Below, in pieces: positions 11,136 to 23,600 of a stretch of DNA of 64,000 bases. The translations under genes were made by a program, and so were the position numbers. The stretch is taken from positions 126,914,001 through 126,978,000 of the forward strand of contig OZ024743.1 in the NCBI GenBank assembly GCA_964016885.1, read 5' to 3'. The notes below the pieces were generated by a model. It had not been told where the DNA came from. It searched no databases and saw only the letters and a program-made list of their open reading frames with translations. This DNA comes from Eledone cirrhosa. Lineage: Eukaryota. Each line of letters opens with the position of its first letter. Position 1 is the stretch's first letter.

Positions 11136-12495
11136 TGCATTCACCTTGGTCCCCGCACTGCTGATTACCTCTGAATTATCGGAAAGACGGCAGCTCGCCT
11201 GAGGAGGGAACCCCGTGATGTGGGATGGCTGTTGTAGCAGGTGTCTCTGGCCATTCTCTGCAATGATGCCTTTGCCGCTCAGGCATGGTGTAGTGTCTGT
11301 CCCTCTCCCTTTTTCGTTGCTTGAGTCTTATTTTTTTTCTGTGCCCTTTAATGTTTTGTTCTGTATAAACAACTTTGTAAAATAAACTTCAAATATACTT
11401 GTTTTTCAATCCACTCAATGGTCCGATGGTTTATTTTTGAAATGTTAACATCGAAGCTGCTGTTAAACTTTCTATTTAAGATAGAAATTGTTTTCGGAGT
11501 CGTTTAACTCAGTGGCTAAGAGCGCACAGTGGAATTTCAGAGGTACGGAGTCCCTTTTTTTTCCGTAGTGGTTACCGGTCATTTTCCCCCCTCATCTATA
11601 GGGGTATTTTATCCGATTTTCTAAGCTACTATTTATAACAATCAACCGTGTTTACAGTTATTTTCTGCACTTGAGATTTCTACATTTTCTAAGAATATTT
11701 GTATGTATTTTCTACTAACACACTTTATAAGTAAATGCACGCACACACAGTGAGTGTGAGTGTGAGTGTGAGTGCGTTAACTTTACAGGGCATTATTCCA
11801 GTCTACCTTATTGTCGGTTCAAATAAACCATTAAGGCGCCAGGAACTGTTTTTTTCCTTTCTTTACTAGAACTAGAGACCCTGAAGTAGGAAAGCAAAGG
11901 CAACTATAGTAGGATGGCAACTTGTGCCCTAACTAAACGCTGGAAGGAGACTGCTATCAATTTTGGCACTCGTTTCTTGTATTAATAAGACTGATTAATC
12001 CATGAACACCACCACATCATGCTGTGTTGAAAGTAAATTTAAGAACGCCAGAATGTTTTATGGTATTCGTTTCGACTGCGGTCCGAGTTAAAATCCTGCC
12101 AAAAATCAATTTTGCATTTCATCTCTTTTGAGGTCGATAAGGAAAATATAAGCCCAGTAGAGAAGTTTATTCTTCCTCTTTATCACCCTGTACTTCTCTT
12201 GAAAAAAAAAAAAAAAACATCGGCTGCGATCAAACTTGTAAGCGGATGGGATCCGCCAGGTTTAAAGTGCTCAAGAAATGCCGTGTGTCACTACAGCAAG
12301 CCTACTACACCACCAGGAGTTATGTGTCTGTACATACGATCTATGTTGGTAACTCGGTGATCTTATGGTTAAATGTATAAAGAGATTGTAGAAATCTTAA
12401 ATGGGGGGGTTTAAATTTGGTTAGAACTTGCGTAATTTTTTTTTCTTAAATTATTTTCCAAATATCTTTTTAAAAAAAATGAAAATGCTCAATAT

Positions 12496-12648
12496 CGTAT
12501 ATACTCGAATATAAGTCGAGGGATATGACCCCACAAAAACAAATTGCATCTAAACGTGTTGATTAGCTGCCTCGGCTTATAAACGGCATTTGGATTTTTG
12601 CCCATTTCTCAGACAAAATAGGAGTCGACTTATTTTCGAGTTTATTGC
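12496..12648. mobile_element. pogo/Tc2-type MITE (duplicate at ~27004-27172)
   Basis: Imperfect TIRs CGTATATACTCGAATATAAGTCGA ... TCGACTTATTTTCGAGTTTATTGCG. Confidence 0.6.
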
Positions 12649-14452
12649 GAGAGGAGATTGAAACTACCTCCTGCGTGCTATTGCTTCAAACACCTTACCA
12701 CCGTGCGAAAATCAGATACTTCAAACTATTTTCATAATCGGCTGATAGTATATATATATACACACACGCACAAAATTGTTTTTAAAAAAAAAATTTTTTT
12801 AAATATCAAGCGGGGTTAAACTGAACAGAAAAAAGAAAAAAAATATCTTTAAAAAATTAAACAAACAATTATATTTGGTTTATTAAATATTTTATTGAAC
12901 CAAATAATACAGCCATACGTTCTTGTGAGTCCGTGCGGGTCAGTTGATATTGCATCATCATGAGTTTTTGTGGATGAAATTACATAGCACTGCCATGAGT
13001 CCTTGTGGTTCAGCGTGTCTTCACGCAATTCCATTGTTTCATAATAGCGACTGGGAGGAGTAAGAGACTACGACGAAGGTTTTATACCACTAGAAACTAA
13101 GGCTTACCACAGTATAGCGCCCCGTTAAATATTGGGTTAGAACCTGGATCATCGCTTCCACGACCACCCCAATCCCCTCGTGTATAGCAGTCTATGATAT
13201 GATGTTAGATTTTAACTATCCTTAAACAATAGCTTAAAATGCGAAACAAAAGAAATAACCTCAACACACATACACCAATTCTCTTCCTTTCAGCCAATAC
13301 TTGTAATTGGGTTAATTAAACAGTGTTATATGTCCACCTAACACCAAACAAGGAGATCAATAGAAATATATGCGGATAAATCGACAAGATTTTATTTTAA
13401 TGTATGGCAACTAGTATCTTGTGAGGTGTTGGGAGAGAAAGACTACGGTTTCCTTAAGCCTTCATTAAAATAATGGTTTATTTCTAGGACAAAAAATGAC
13501 AATACAAAATGACACAATACACTTAACTTCTATTTATTCACTACTATAAGAACTTTTATATACAATAAATTCTAACGGTCCAATAAACAATTATATAAAA
13601 GGTAATGTTTTTTGTATTAATATTAATCGACTATAACTAATATATATATACATATATACACACGGTCACTGTTAAAACACCTTCTGATTGTTATTCCTTA
13701 TGATAAAATATATTGAAAAATAAGTAGATCTTAAAAAAACATGTTCTCGTAGCAGATCATTTTGACGCATTAGGAAATATATTGTTAAAATCGTCTAATA
13801 AATGAAGAGAAATAGAACAGTTAGTCTGACTTAGTTATTAAATTTCTATATGTTTATATTCGGAGAAATTGGTCAATGGAAATGCAACACAAATATATCA
13901 AATATTGGAAAATTACGAAAACAGTTAAACATTCTAGAAGAAAATAAAAAAATTTAGAACAAAGAATACACTGAATTTATATGTAGCAGCTTATTCTGTT
14001 TTCTACTCACACACACCGCAGCTAAACTTTAAAGATTATTTCTACAAAAGTCATGTATATAAAATTTGAAGATATGTTGTTGGGGTGGGGGTCCACAGTG
14101 CAAATAACTATAAATAATTGTTGAATAAATCAGCTACAATTCCCATGGAGACGGAAATATTGCGCAGTAACGTCTGCGACAAGCGAACCACGCATCTGCC
14201 GATTAATTCAAATATTTATAGTTATTTGCATTATGGCGGTTTCCTCCCCAAAAGCAAACATTTTCAAATTTTCTCTAAACTTCGTAAATTAACCATATAT
14301 ATATATATATAACAAGAAAAAGGAATACGTTTCTACACAAGACAATATAGATACCAACTATTATCTAGTGTGAGAGGGCGGAGAAGAAAGGAAGAAATTT
14401 AGGAAATTGAAAACGAAAACCTTCTCCGAACTTAAAAAGAAAAAACACTCAC

Positions 14453-14803
14453 CCATGAAGACATTTCCAGAGGAGCCACTTCTGCCAGAAATATGTTGAG
14501 CCAAATGCTACCGTGAAACAACTCAAACATGTTTCGGACTGAAGGGCCCCCAGGATGTCCGAATCATCCCCGTAGCACTGCGAACAGTGATGGCGGAGTC
14601 GCTGAGATTCGGTGGAGGCCGGGAACTGGACCCGAGGTCAGAACACCAAGGGAGATACGAAGTAAGCGTAGATTAGTGGGGGAAAACTTTCGACATAGAC
14701 AAAACCCTCTTCCAGTCAGTCATTATGAAGACAGGACGATGGCTAACCGCACTGTGACGGGGGTTCCCAGTAATGTGCACCAGTTGGACTGTGCTACCAA
14801 GCT
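14453..14803 (-). other. candidate first exon of an unidentified gene (copy 1) with two uORFs and a 26-codon open end
   Basis: GC/CpG-rich island starting ~30 nt downstream of the TATA box and ending at the consensus donor G|GTGAGT (GT at 14452-14451). uORF1 is 14723-14673 and uORF2 is 14567-14523. ORF 14530-14453 (MFELFHGSIWLNIFLAEVAPLEMSSW) runs into the intron in phase 0. Confidence 0.65.
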
Positions 14804-14826
14804 CCGACGAACTGCGCGAGCCAACG

Positions 14827-14896
14827 CTTTATATACTAGTAGATGACGTCATTCATATTCTTGTGCAATGAACCAATAGAATGTTGAATGACTCAT
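14827..14896 (-). promoter_or_regulatory. Pol II promoter: TATA, CRE, C/EBP, CCAAT, AP-1 (copy 1)
   Basis: TATATAAAG 14835-14827, ATGACGTCAT 14843-14852, TTGTGCAAT 14861-14869, CCAAT 14873-14877 and ATGACTCAT 14888-14896, all within 70 bp. Confidence 0.8.
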
Positions 14897-15062
14897 GGTT
14901 GTGTGATAAGGACAAATCAACTAATAAATAATTGTTTCTACGTTAGGCACAAGGCCAGCAATGATCTAGTGAATTACTGGTACTTTATGAATTAATAAGT
15001 AATGTAGGAAAGTTACTGAAGTATTTCGTTGGTAAATACTTTATATTATCTAATTTCAAAGC

Positions 15063-15242
15063 GTGGATTGGCAGTATCGGTAGAGGGTCGGACGCCATGC
15101 TTTCCAGCATAGTTACGTCCCTTTACGATCTGAGTTCAAATCCCGCCGAGGTTGACTTTGCCTTTCATCCTTACGGGGGCGATAAAATAAAGTACCAGTA
15201 ATGCACTGGGTATTTGCTGGCCTTGTGCCTAACGTAGAAACA
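15063..15242 (+). mobile_element. young full-length SINE, copy-1-specific, with 18-bp TSD
   Basis: ATTATCTAATTTCAAAGC at 15045-15062 and 15243-15260; single empty site at ~30350 in copy 2. A box TGGCAGTATCGG, B box GAGTTCAAATCC. Confidence 0.92.
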
Positions 15243-16409
15243 ATTATCTAATTTCAAAGCTGATGCATTGACGTAAATCGATAAACATACAATGTTTTTG
15301 TCCACGATAGGTTAATTTCAGGTCAGAACATCGAGAAGACTTGATAAAAGACGTTCCAATCGTGACCATCCCGTCTTTTTGTATATCTAGGGCTACATTA
15401 AGACGGTCGGGTGTGGTTTGACTGCTATTTCTAGCAGGTAAAGGCTCCATCATTAGGACCTTTCACCCCACGATCAATGTGTCCACACCTACACATTATT
15501 ATACTATATATATAGGAATTCATAGTAAACTTCGGTTGCTGGGGAAACAATTGAATATTATACAATATGCAAAGGGTGGTGGATTGTCAAAATTGAGAGG
15601 GGCACAAATTAAATTCATTTCTGATGTATTTAATTATGTTTGGAAATAGGATTTACTTGTTTCAGTTATTGGAATGTGGTCATGTTAAATCACCACCTTG
15701 TACTATTTATAAATAAATAGAATATAAGCCATGAGTATCATTTAGTTAACACCTGTAGTACTAAGTTCAAACAAATTCAGAGGGTTTACTAAAATATTTT
15801 GGGGGATGTGAAAAAAATAGGCTTTCAGTTTATCAGTTCTTCATGTCATTCTAAAGCTCCTGTTTTAACCCCTGCAGAATGAATTGTCTGATGTCATATA
15901 GAGAAGTGGCCTGCATCCATTTTCACTATATGAACCCCCAATATTACTAAGAGGCTTATAAAGAATCCTTAAACTTGACAATACTCGTAGAATTGTTTTC
16001 CCTTTATATGAATGAAAAGAAAAGAAAAAAGATCATTCATAAAACAATATATTAAACTCAATATTAAGAACAAGCATGGTTATAGTTGTATGTCTTTGGC
16101 CAGAGCCTTAGAAGTGAAATTTGGGAAATTGTGCAAAGCCTATTTAACACAATTACCTGGCTCTCAGCTACCTTTAATGATGTCCTGTGTCATAGTTTGG
16201 CCAGGCCACTAGTTTGACAATAATTGTTTCCTACCCATCTCCAGGGTCTTAAAAAGACAAATAGCTACTGTCCTTTTCTCCTCTGACTAAGGCCACAAAG
16301 AAAAGAAATATATATTGTAAACCAGCAAAAAGAAATCTCACCAATTATATAGTGCTCTCACTTCTTACAGCAGTGAACTATACATCACACTGTGGTGCCT
16401 ACATATAGC

Positions 16410-18850
16410 TAAGTGGACTGGGCAGAATACAAAACATTCTTCTTTTTCCTCGCCCACTTCTTCCTGAGAGGATTGTTGGGGCAGAATACTCAAACATTCC
16501 TTTCAGCAAGTCTTGTCAGAAGCAACCATCTCCAATTGATCCAATTGGATCCCCCAAGTGGGACCAGCTGAATTCATGGCTGTTATCCAACCATCTAGTT
16601 TGGGGTCTACCACTGGGTGGTTTTGCTTGTAAAATCTGCCCAGTGATTTTTTTTTTTTTAGACATTCTAATCACATGCCTGTAATATAGGAGCTGTGATC
16701 TCTCAATTCGGAGAAGTAGTGGCTCTACCTAGAGTGACTCTCTGATCTCCGTGCTACGCACTCTATCGGGTAACATTACTCCAATGACTCTTCAGAGGAA
16801 CCTCATTTTGGCCGCTTATATTTGTGATCGTATTCTTTTGGTTATTACCCAAGATCCATGACCAGTGTTAAGGGTTGGTACGAACATCAAATTGAAGATA
16901 GTGTGTTTGGCTTTTACGCCTACCTTCTTTCTTCTGATTATTGAATGTTAAAGCTGGCGCGTTAATTCCCCAGCTCCTGCATTTCATACATTTCATTCAG
17001 CCTCCTGCCTTCCATCGCTTGTGAACACAGTCCTGAGATACTTGAACTCCTCCACCTGCTTCAGTGGAACTCCATTCACATGTAAAGTGCACTGTATAGG
17101 CTTCCTTGAGAGGACAGGTATCTGATTTTCATTCCAGCCATGCAGCACTTGGCAGCAAACTTATCAAGTACATGTTGGAGATCACCTTCTGATGTGTTAA
17201 GCAATATAATGTTGTCTGCAAATTCCAGCCGACTGATCCTACACCCACCAACCTTGATACCACTTCCAGCCTGGCTGTGCATGTCAATCCTGTTCATGAA
17301 GATTATCAACTGGAGAGGTGACAATATGTTTCCTTCGTGGAGTCAGACGCTCACATTGAATAGTTTCAATTTACCACCATTTATCTGAATACAAAAACTC
17401 GAGCATTTGTATAGAGACATCAGAGCAACAAGCTGTCCATAGATCACATACTCCTGCAGAACCTGCCACAGCAGCTCCTGTGGAATGCAGTTGCATGCTT
17501 TTCAAGCTCTACAAAATAAAAATACATCTCTTGGCAGTACTCCCATGATTTCTCAAAGACCTGCCACAGTGTGAATATTTGGTCGGCTGTGCTGCATCTG
17601 GGGTGAAAATCACACTGCACATCAGCTAGCTTAGACTTGACAATCTCCCTACATCTCTTTTCCAGATATTTAGCATAGACTATACTGAGGAGGCTTAACA
17701 AAGAGATCCATTTATAATTGAAGCAATCTCTCTTGTCTCCCCTTTAAAAATTGGTATTGAGCCAACCAGAGTATACCTCTTCTATTTAAGGATTTTAACA
17801 TCTCAGGCCAAATTTCATCATCCCCAGTGGCCTTGCCACATTTAAGCTCTATAATTGCTCTTATGACTTTGGCCTCCAAGAGATTAGTCACCACTCCTAG
17901 ATGCATCTCATGTACATAGGAAGATGCTGTTGTGATAACTTTTAGAGGATCAGCAAAATATTCTCTCCACCTCGTAGAAGAAAGGAGAACCACATATGCA
18001 TTCCTGATAGCAGGTATGGAGGAAGACTTCTTATTACGAAGTCAGCAGAACGCTGTATTTGCTAATCTGAAGTCAGATTCCAGCTAAACCCCACAGTCCT
18101 CCCATATCTTAATTTTGGACACCTTTACTGTCTCTGCTGTGACTTTTCGTGCCTGCTTGTACTACAAGTGCAATAAGGACTTAACTCCAAGCTAAGATTT
18201 GTAAGCCTCCTTCTTTGCTCGGATGGCATCTTTGACCTCTTGATTGAACCAAAGGGTCTTCCTGCCACCCAGTGCCACACCAATCTGTTTTTGCCTGCAG
18301 CATTTAATAGCTGAAGCAGAAACTGCTGATTTAAACAGTCTTCGCTCCATTTCAACATACTCAGTTCTCTGAATTTGGCTGCAATAGAAATTGCATACCT
18401 GATCCTGACTTTCTTATCCACCAATGCTTCCCACTTTATCCTGTAGGTCACCCTGGGCCTGTCAGTTTTGTGGGCTTCTTTAGCTTTAGGTAGTCTCAAG
18501 CATACACTTGCACCATCCAGAAAGACCTATTTTTAGCCTAAGCTTCAAGAGGCAAATCCTCCCTCCTTAATGGGATCCAGTCCATAACACATTCTGACAG
18601 CTGGGGGGGCTTGTGAGCATCTCCACTCCTGTCTGTGCAGTAATTTCTGGTGTCACACCTGAATAGTGGAATTTCCATCCTCCATCCAAATCTACAGTAC
18701 CAGAGCTATGGAATTTTGTTGAGAAAACCCCAACTTAGTTGCTGCAAGAGTTGTGATGTTCCAGGTTCCAATTAAGGTTTGCTCCCTTCGGGACCCTCTT
18801 TAGGGTCTTGGGATACGCAATCTTTGTGCATCCATCCCATGCCTCCCAGG
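16410..18850 (-). mobile_element. decayed RTE-clade LINE, second family (duplicate with different deletions at ~31520-32640)
   Basis: ORF fragments LEFADNIILL, STADQIFTLWQVFEKSWEY and GKATGDDEIWPEMLK. Endonuclease motifs QVYAP...MGDFNVHVG are retained in copy 2. Confidence 0.85.
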
Positions 18851-20450
18851 ACATGTCACAGGCCCATCGCCAGTTTTTACAGCATGAAATGGAGATTGCA
18901 ATATATTTTCGAACAGGCTGTATAGAGTCTACCTTGCTAACTCAAATGAGTACCAATAACTGATCGAGTCTCTTGCCTGAATATTGGTAATGAAAAGCAT
19001 GATAAAACAAATATGGGGCCAGAAAGTGTCTATACATTGAATTTTATAGTGACTTGTGTAACATGAGAGCCACTCTCTAAATATTTGAAGCTGTTAAGTT
19101 AGTGACAAGCACCAACAATAAAGCAAGGTGGCCAGTGATTTCAAATAAGAGTATTCTATACATAAACACATAAACATTCAAATACACACAGACACTATTG
19201 GAGCGTCATTTCTAATGACAGGTTTTTTTTTCTATCCAGCAAGGTGTTAAAATTCATGCTCCTCGCCAAACAGGTTTGATGGGGTTGTTGGTTTAATGAT
19301 TGACAGCCTGATCATGCAAAAGGTTGTACTGGGTTACCTATTACCAGTAGTGCTTAACAGTATGCACTCAGTAAGTTCTGACTTGGTCTGCGACAACCTG
19401 TCCAACACTTGCTAGATGAGAAAATGGTCATAAAATGATGACAGACACACACAAACTCACCAGACTTTCACAAAGTTTCCAATTACAAAATCCTGCTCAA
19501 AATATTTTTAAAACTCAGGCTATAATACAATGGTAGAAGACACTTTCCCCAAAATGCCATGCAGTAGGATTGAACCACATAGTTGGGAAGGCAACATCTA
19601 GACCATATTGTCATGCCTGCACCTATATCAACTAATATGCAACAGAAAAACAAGATCATTATAAAGTTTTTAACCTGTTGACTGCCGCGAATATTTTACA
19701 CAGCTACAGTTGCTGTGCGGTTTTTTTTTTTGTGTGTTTTTTTTCAGTAAAATGACTATTTTTTAAAACAAACATTTATTAACAACACATATCTGAATGA
19801 TTGACAACTGTCACATCAATAAACTAGTAACCCTATCTAGCTTTGAAGTTATGAATTGTTGGAAACAAGTCCCAACATGTTAGGATGGGTTATCTTATCT
19901 ATGACACTGAAGACGTTAATTTGGATATATTTTTTATTGATCAATTTAAATATAAGTAGTTAGGATTCACTAACCAACTGGAATATATCTGTGTGATAAG
20001 TGAGAATATATTGATAAATTTAAATAGAATTTGCTTTTGGCCCTAAAAGACCAATTGGTATATCTGCATAGTGGTTTGGATGTATTTTTTATTGATAATT
20101 TAAATATAAGTAGCTTGATCTGCTGACCAACTGGTATTTATGTGTGATAGTGTGTATATATTGATAAATTCATTAAACGACCAACTACTATCTGTGTGTG
20201 GTATTGTGCTTCTAAGTGAAGAGAATATTATTGATTTATTTTATACTGCAGTCATTGTATTTATTAATAGAATAGAATGAGATGTGTTGACGTTCATGCT
20301 TCTCTCAGCAGTTCAAAAGCAGTTCATGGATTTGTGTTCTCTAGTTCACTCAGATGGAAATGAGTACCAGTAATAACAGAGGTTAATCTTGTGTTAGATT
20401 GGTTTCCCATCCAAAAGGGAGTCTTGTACCCTCAGTCACTTAATGCCACC

Positions 20451-20679
20451 TTAACCCTTTAGCATTCACGTTACTCTATATATACTATTCTATTTTTGTG
20501 GTAAAGGCTTTATCTTACATAATTATCTCACATAATATCGAATCTATGAGATTTTGATATTATTTATTTTGAGAACAATACCTTAACATAAGTATGAGCA
20601 GCTGGTTACGGTCAGTTTGAACAGAAAGAGGTGAGAGAATTCTGGCCAGCTACGGCCAGTTTAAATGCTAAAGGGTTAA
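20451..20679. mobile_element. piggyBac-type MITE (also at 34230-34458 and, interrupted by an RTE, at 44243-46369)
   Basis: TTAA-CCCTTTAGCATT ... AATGCTAAAGGG-TTAA. Confidence 0.8.
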
Positions 20680-23600
20680 AGTGTGATAAGCTCTGGCTTG
20701 ACAGACTGGCATCCCTTCCAAAAGGGTGTCTTGTACCCTCAGTCACATAATTGTTTCTACTTTAGGCACAATGGCAGCAATTACCCAGTATATTACTGGT
20801 ACTTTATTTTATCGACCCCGTAAGGATAAAAGGCAAAGTTAACCTCGGCGGGATTTGAACTTAGATCGTAAAGGGACGTAACTATGCTGGAAAGCATGTC
20901 TGACCCTCTACCGATACTGCCAATTCAAATGCCCTTCTAACAGGAGTACCTTCAGTAGGAACCTCCTTAACAGCATGTGTTAGCGGAGCTTTACAAACCT
21001 CCACTGTATTCCAACTGAATGTTCATCCAAATGAATTCATCTCTTCTGTATTTTCTATGAACAACCTTCTCTTATCCATCTTCTAATCACACACAGTCCT
21101 ACAATATAAGAGGTCTCTACGTGGTAGCTCAATCTGGTAGAAATAGCAGCCAAATTCCCTCTCATTACATCCTACCAGCTTAAAAAAATAAGGAAGAAAT
21201 TATTGGATAAGTCCTTTTTATTACTTAATCAGGAAGAATGGTGGTGTCCATGGCCCTTTTCATGAACTCTGAGTCTGGTGGAGGGATGGAGGAAGGAAGG
21301 AGAGGATTTTCAAACTGGAAATCTGATCTGTATATTCACAACAGAGTGGTCTCTGCTAAAGGCACCCAATGACCAGATGGTGGTGTTAAACCAGGCAATG
21401 GATTAAGTCTACCTCCAGAGAGCCATAACAAATATCACAAAGTATTTGATCTGACACTCTAGCGATTTCACCTGTCCTAGATTGGTAATTTATTGACCCT
21501 AGAAGGATGAAAGGCAAAGTTAACCTCAACAGAATTTGAACTCAGAATGTAAGGAACTGACATGAATATATTTCAAAGTATTTTATCATCCATTCTTAAC
21601 ATTTCTGCCATTTCACTACTCGGAGTTAAATAACAGCAGTGACATCCTGTCACTGTGTCTCTGGTATACCATCATCTCAGAAGAGGAAGCTTTTTACATT
21701 TCGTTAATTAGAGGCTTCTGTTTAATTAGTCCCTCTCTATAGCAACAACCTCAGTGTGTTGCCGTAGCAACAACCTCCAGATATTTATATCTCACAGAAA
21801 CAGAGTTAAATCACTACTGATGGATCACATCTTATGACTGTAGTACCTTTGATCAAAGGTCTTCTAGTTTAGAATTACTTGGGGCTAAACAACAGTAATT
21901 AATTGGTAAATCTTCATTTCTCACTGAACCACATCCAATCTCTACTATTGATGATTTGAGCCAATACATGGTAATAGACCTGCTAAAAATGACAAACAAA
22001 TTTCCCTCAAATCACACAAAAGTGTGTGTGTGGTTGTGTAAGGTGGGATGGAAGTAAGGGGGGAGAAGATTATGAGTGCGTGGGGATGAGTGTGGTCATG
22101 TGAGAGGAAGGTAAATACAGTGGAAGAGAAAGAGCAATGAACATACAAAGAGAAGGACAATAAAAACGTTAGAAGTACAAAATTTAAGGCTGTGAGTTTG
22201 CGTAATATTTCGCATGGGTAAATCCACAGTAAAATCAGAAATTGTGAGTTTGTGTAAATTAAATAGTACGACGGTTCAGTTATATTCAAGTATGCGAAAA
22301 TGTAAACAAATATTTATATCCCAGACATAAATGTTAATTTCCACTTCTATATACTCTTTTATATACTCTTTTATATAATTATCTGCTGCTGGATTTTGTA
22401 TTTCGCTCTATATCTTAACTGAACTTTCTGTGTTATCGCCGCTATGAAATTCAGTTTCTACAATTTCTCATAGAATTATGTTGCTAAACTGCCAAGCTAT
22501 TTCGTCCGATTACATTCTGGTTTCAAACATTTCTTGACAGTGAGACAAGCCAACACGCTCAGCATTACTACGGAAATTACTTGGGAAAATCAACTAAATT
22601 TTATGACAAGGAAGATAACTCTAGTCCAAGGGACATAACTACCTGGTCACGATTTATTTATTTATTAATTTATTAAGTTGTTACAGGTAAATAAAAACAA
22701 CAAAATTAATAATCGTGCACAAGGCCAGAAATCGTTGGGTGGATGGGTTAATCGATTAAACCGACTCCAATACTTCACCAGTATATTTAACCACCACCTA
22801 CGGGATGGAAACTTATGTTGACAAAGACGGGATTTGAAACAAGAGCGTATAGAATCGGAACAAATAAGGCAATTCCTTTTGATCAACTCTTTAACAATTT
22901 GTCCTATATAGAAATGACTACATATATAAGTATTTAGCTGTTGTCAAATAAAATAATTAGATCATCGTTAGAGTATGACTGGTTCTTTGTTTTACAAATC
23001 CCGGGAAGGTGATTTCGACACGATTCAAACGCAGAACGTAAAGTTATGCAACTACCAACTGCAAGGCAGGGTTCATTGTAAGATTCTGTCGATTCTGTCT
23101 TCTTTTTTATATATCAAAATATTATTTTTTGTTTAGGTAAATGTGATTGCTAAATCGGGTATGTCAAATGAAAAAGTGAGCGTGGTTTGATTATAACGTG
23201 TATAAGTTATTCCGAAGATATTCCAGTCGTGACCAACCCATTTTTTGCTTGTAAAAGAATACATACTCCTCTATGCCTTTCTCATTTTATAACTTTAGGC
23301 TGTAAGAAAATGTGGCTACTATTTCTAGCAAACTGAGCAGCTAAGTTGGGTTAACGTAGTGATGCAATCTACGATTAAATAAGCTCTGCTGCACGTCGGG
23401 CTGAGGAGGCTAAACTCTCCAAATATCGGTCGCTCTCCAACAGGGTTGCGGTCGAGCCCGTAGCAGTGGAGACTTTTAATCTTCTTGGCCCTAGAGCCAC
23501 GTCCCTACTCACCACCACAGTTGGCTATCCGCAGGGGTGAGACTCGCACGAGATGGAATAGCTTTTCCAGCGCGTCTCCCTCACCATCATTCGGGGAAAC

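Larger units (their letters stand above)
2801..20747. repeat. tandem segmental duplication, copy 1
   Basis: Colinear and nearly identical to 20748-34710 apart from indels. Many ORF-track entries occur twice (e.g. 14529/29905, 15244/30351, 10952/25498). Confidence 0.95.

Noticed and set aside
12849-13090. TATAAAA plus a 61-aa ORF as a separate small gene, or a C/D snoRNA (ATGATGA...CTGA)
   Set aside because: The ORF is not kept intact in copy 2 and has no homology; the C and D boxes are only ~11 nt apart.
14630-14655. Antizyme-like frameshift site (minus TGG TGT TCT GAC)
   Set aside because: Lacks the in-frame UCC-UGA and shows no antizyme similarity downstream.
14570-14765. CAGTGC loops as iron-responsive elements
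   Set aside because: Flanking bases do not form the 5-bp upper stem with a C bulge.
14529-14846. 105-aa plus-strand ORF identical in both duplicates
   Set aside because: It is antisense to the TATA and splice-donor polarity, ends inside the CRE, and has no recognisable domain; identity follows from the duplication.
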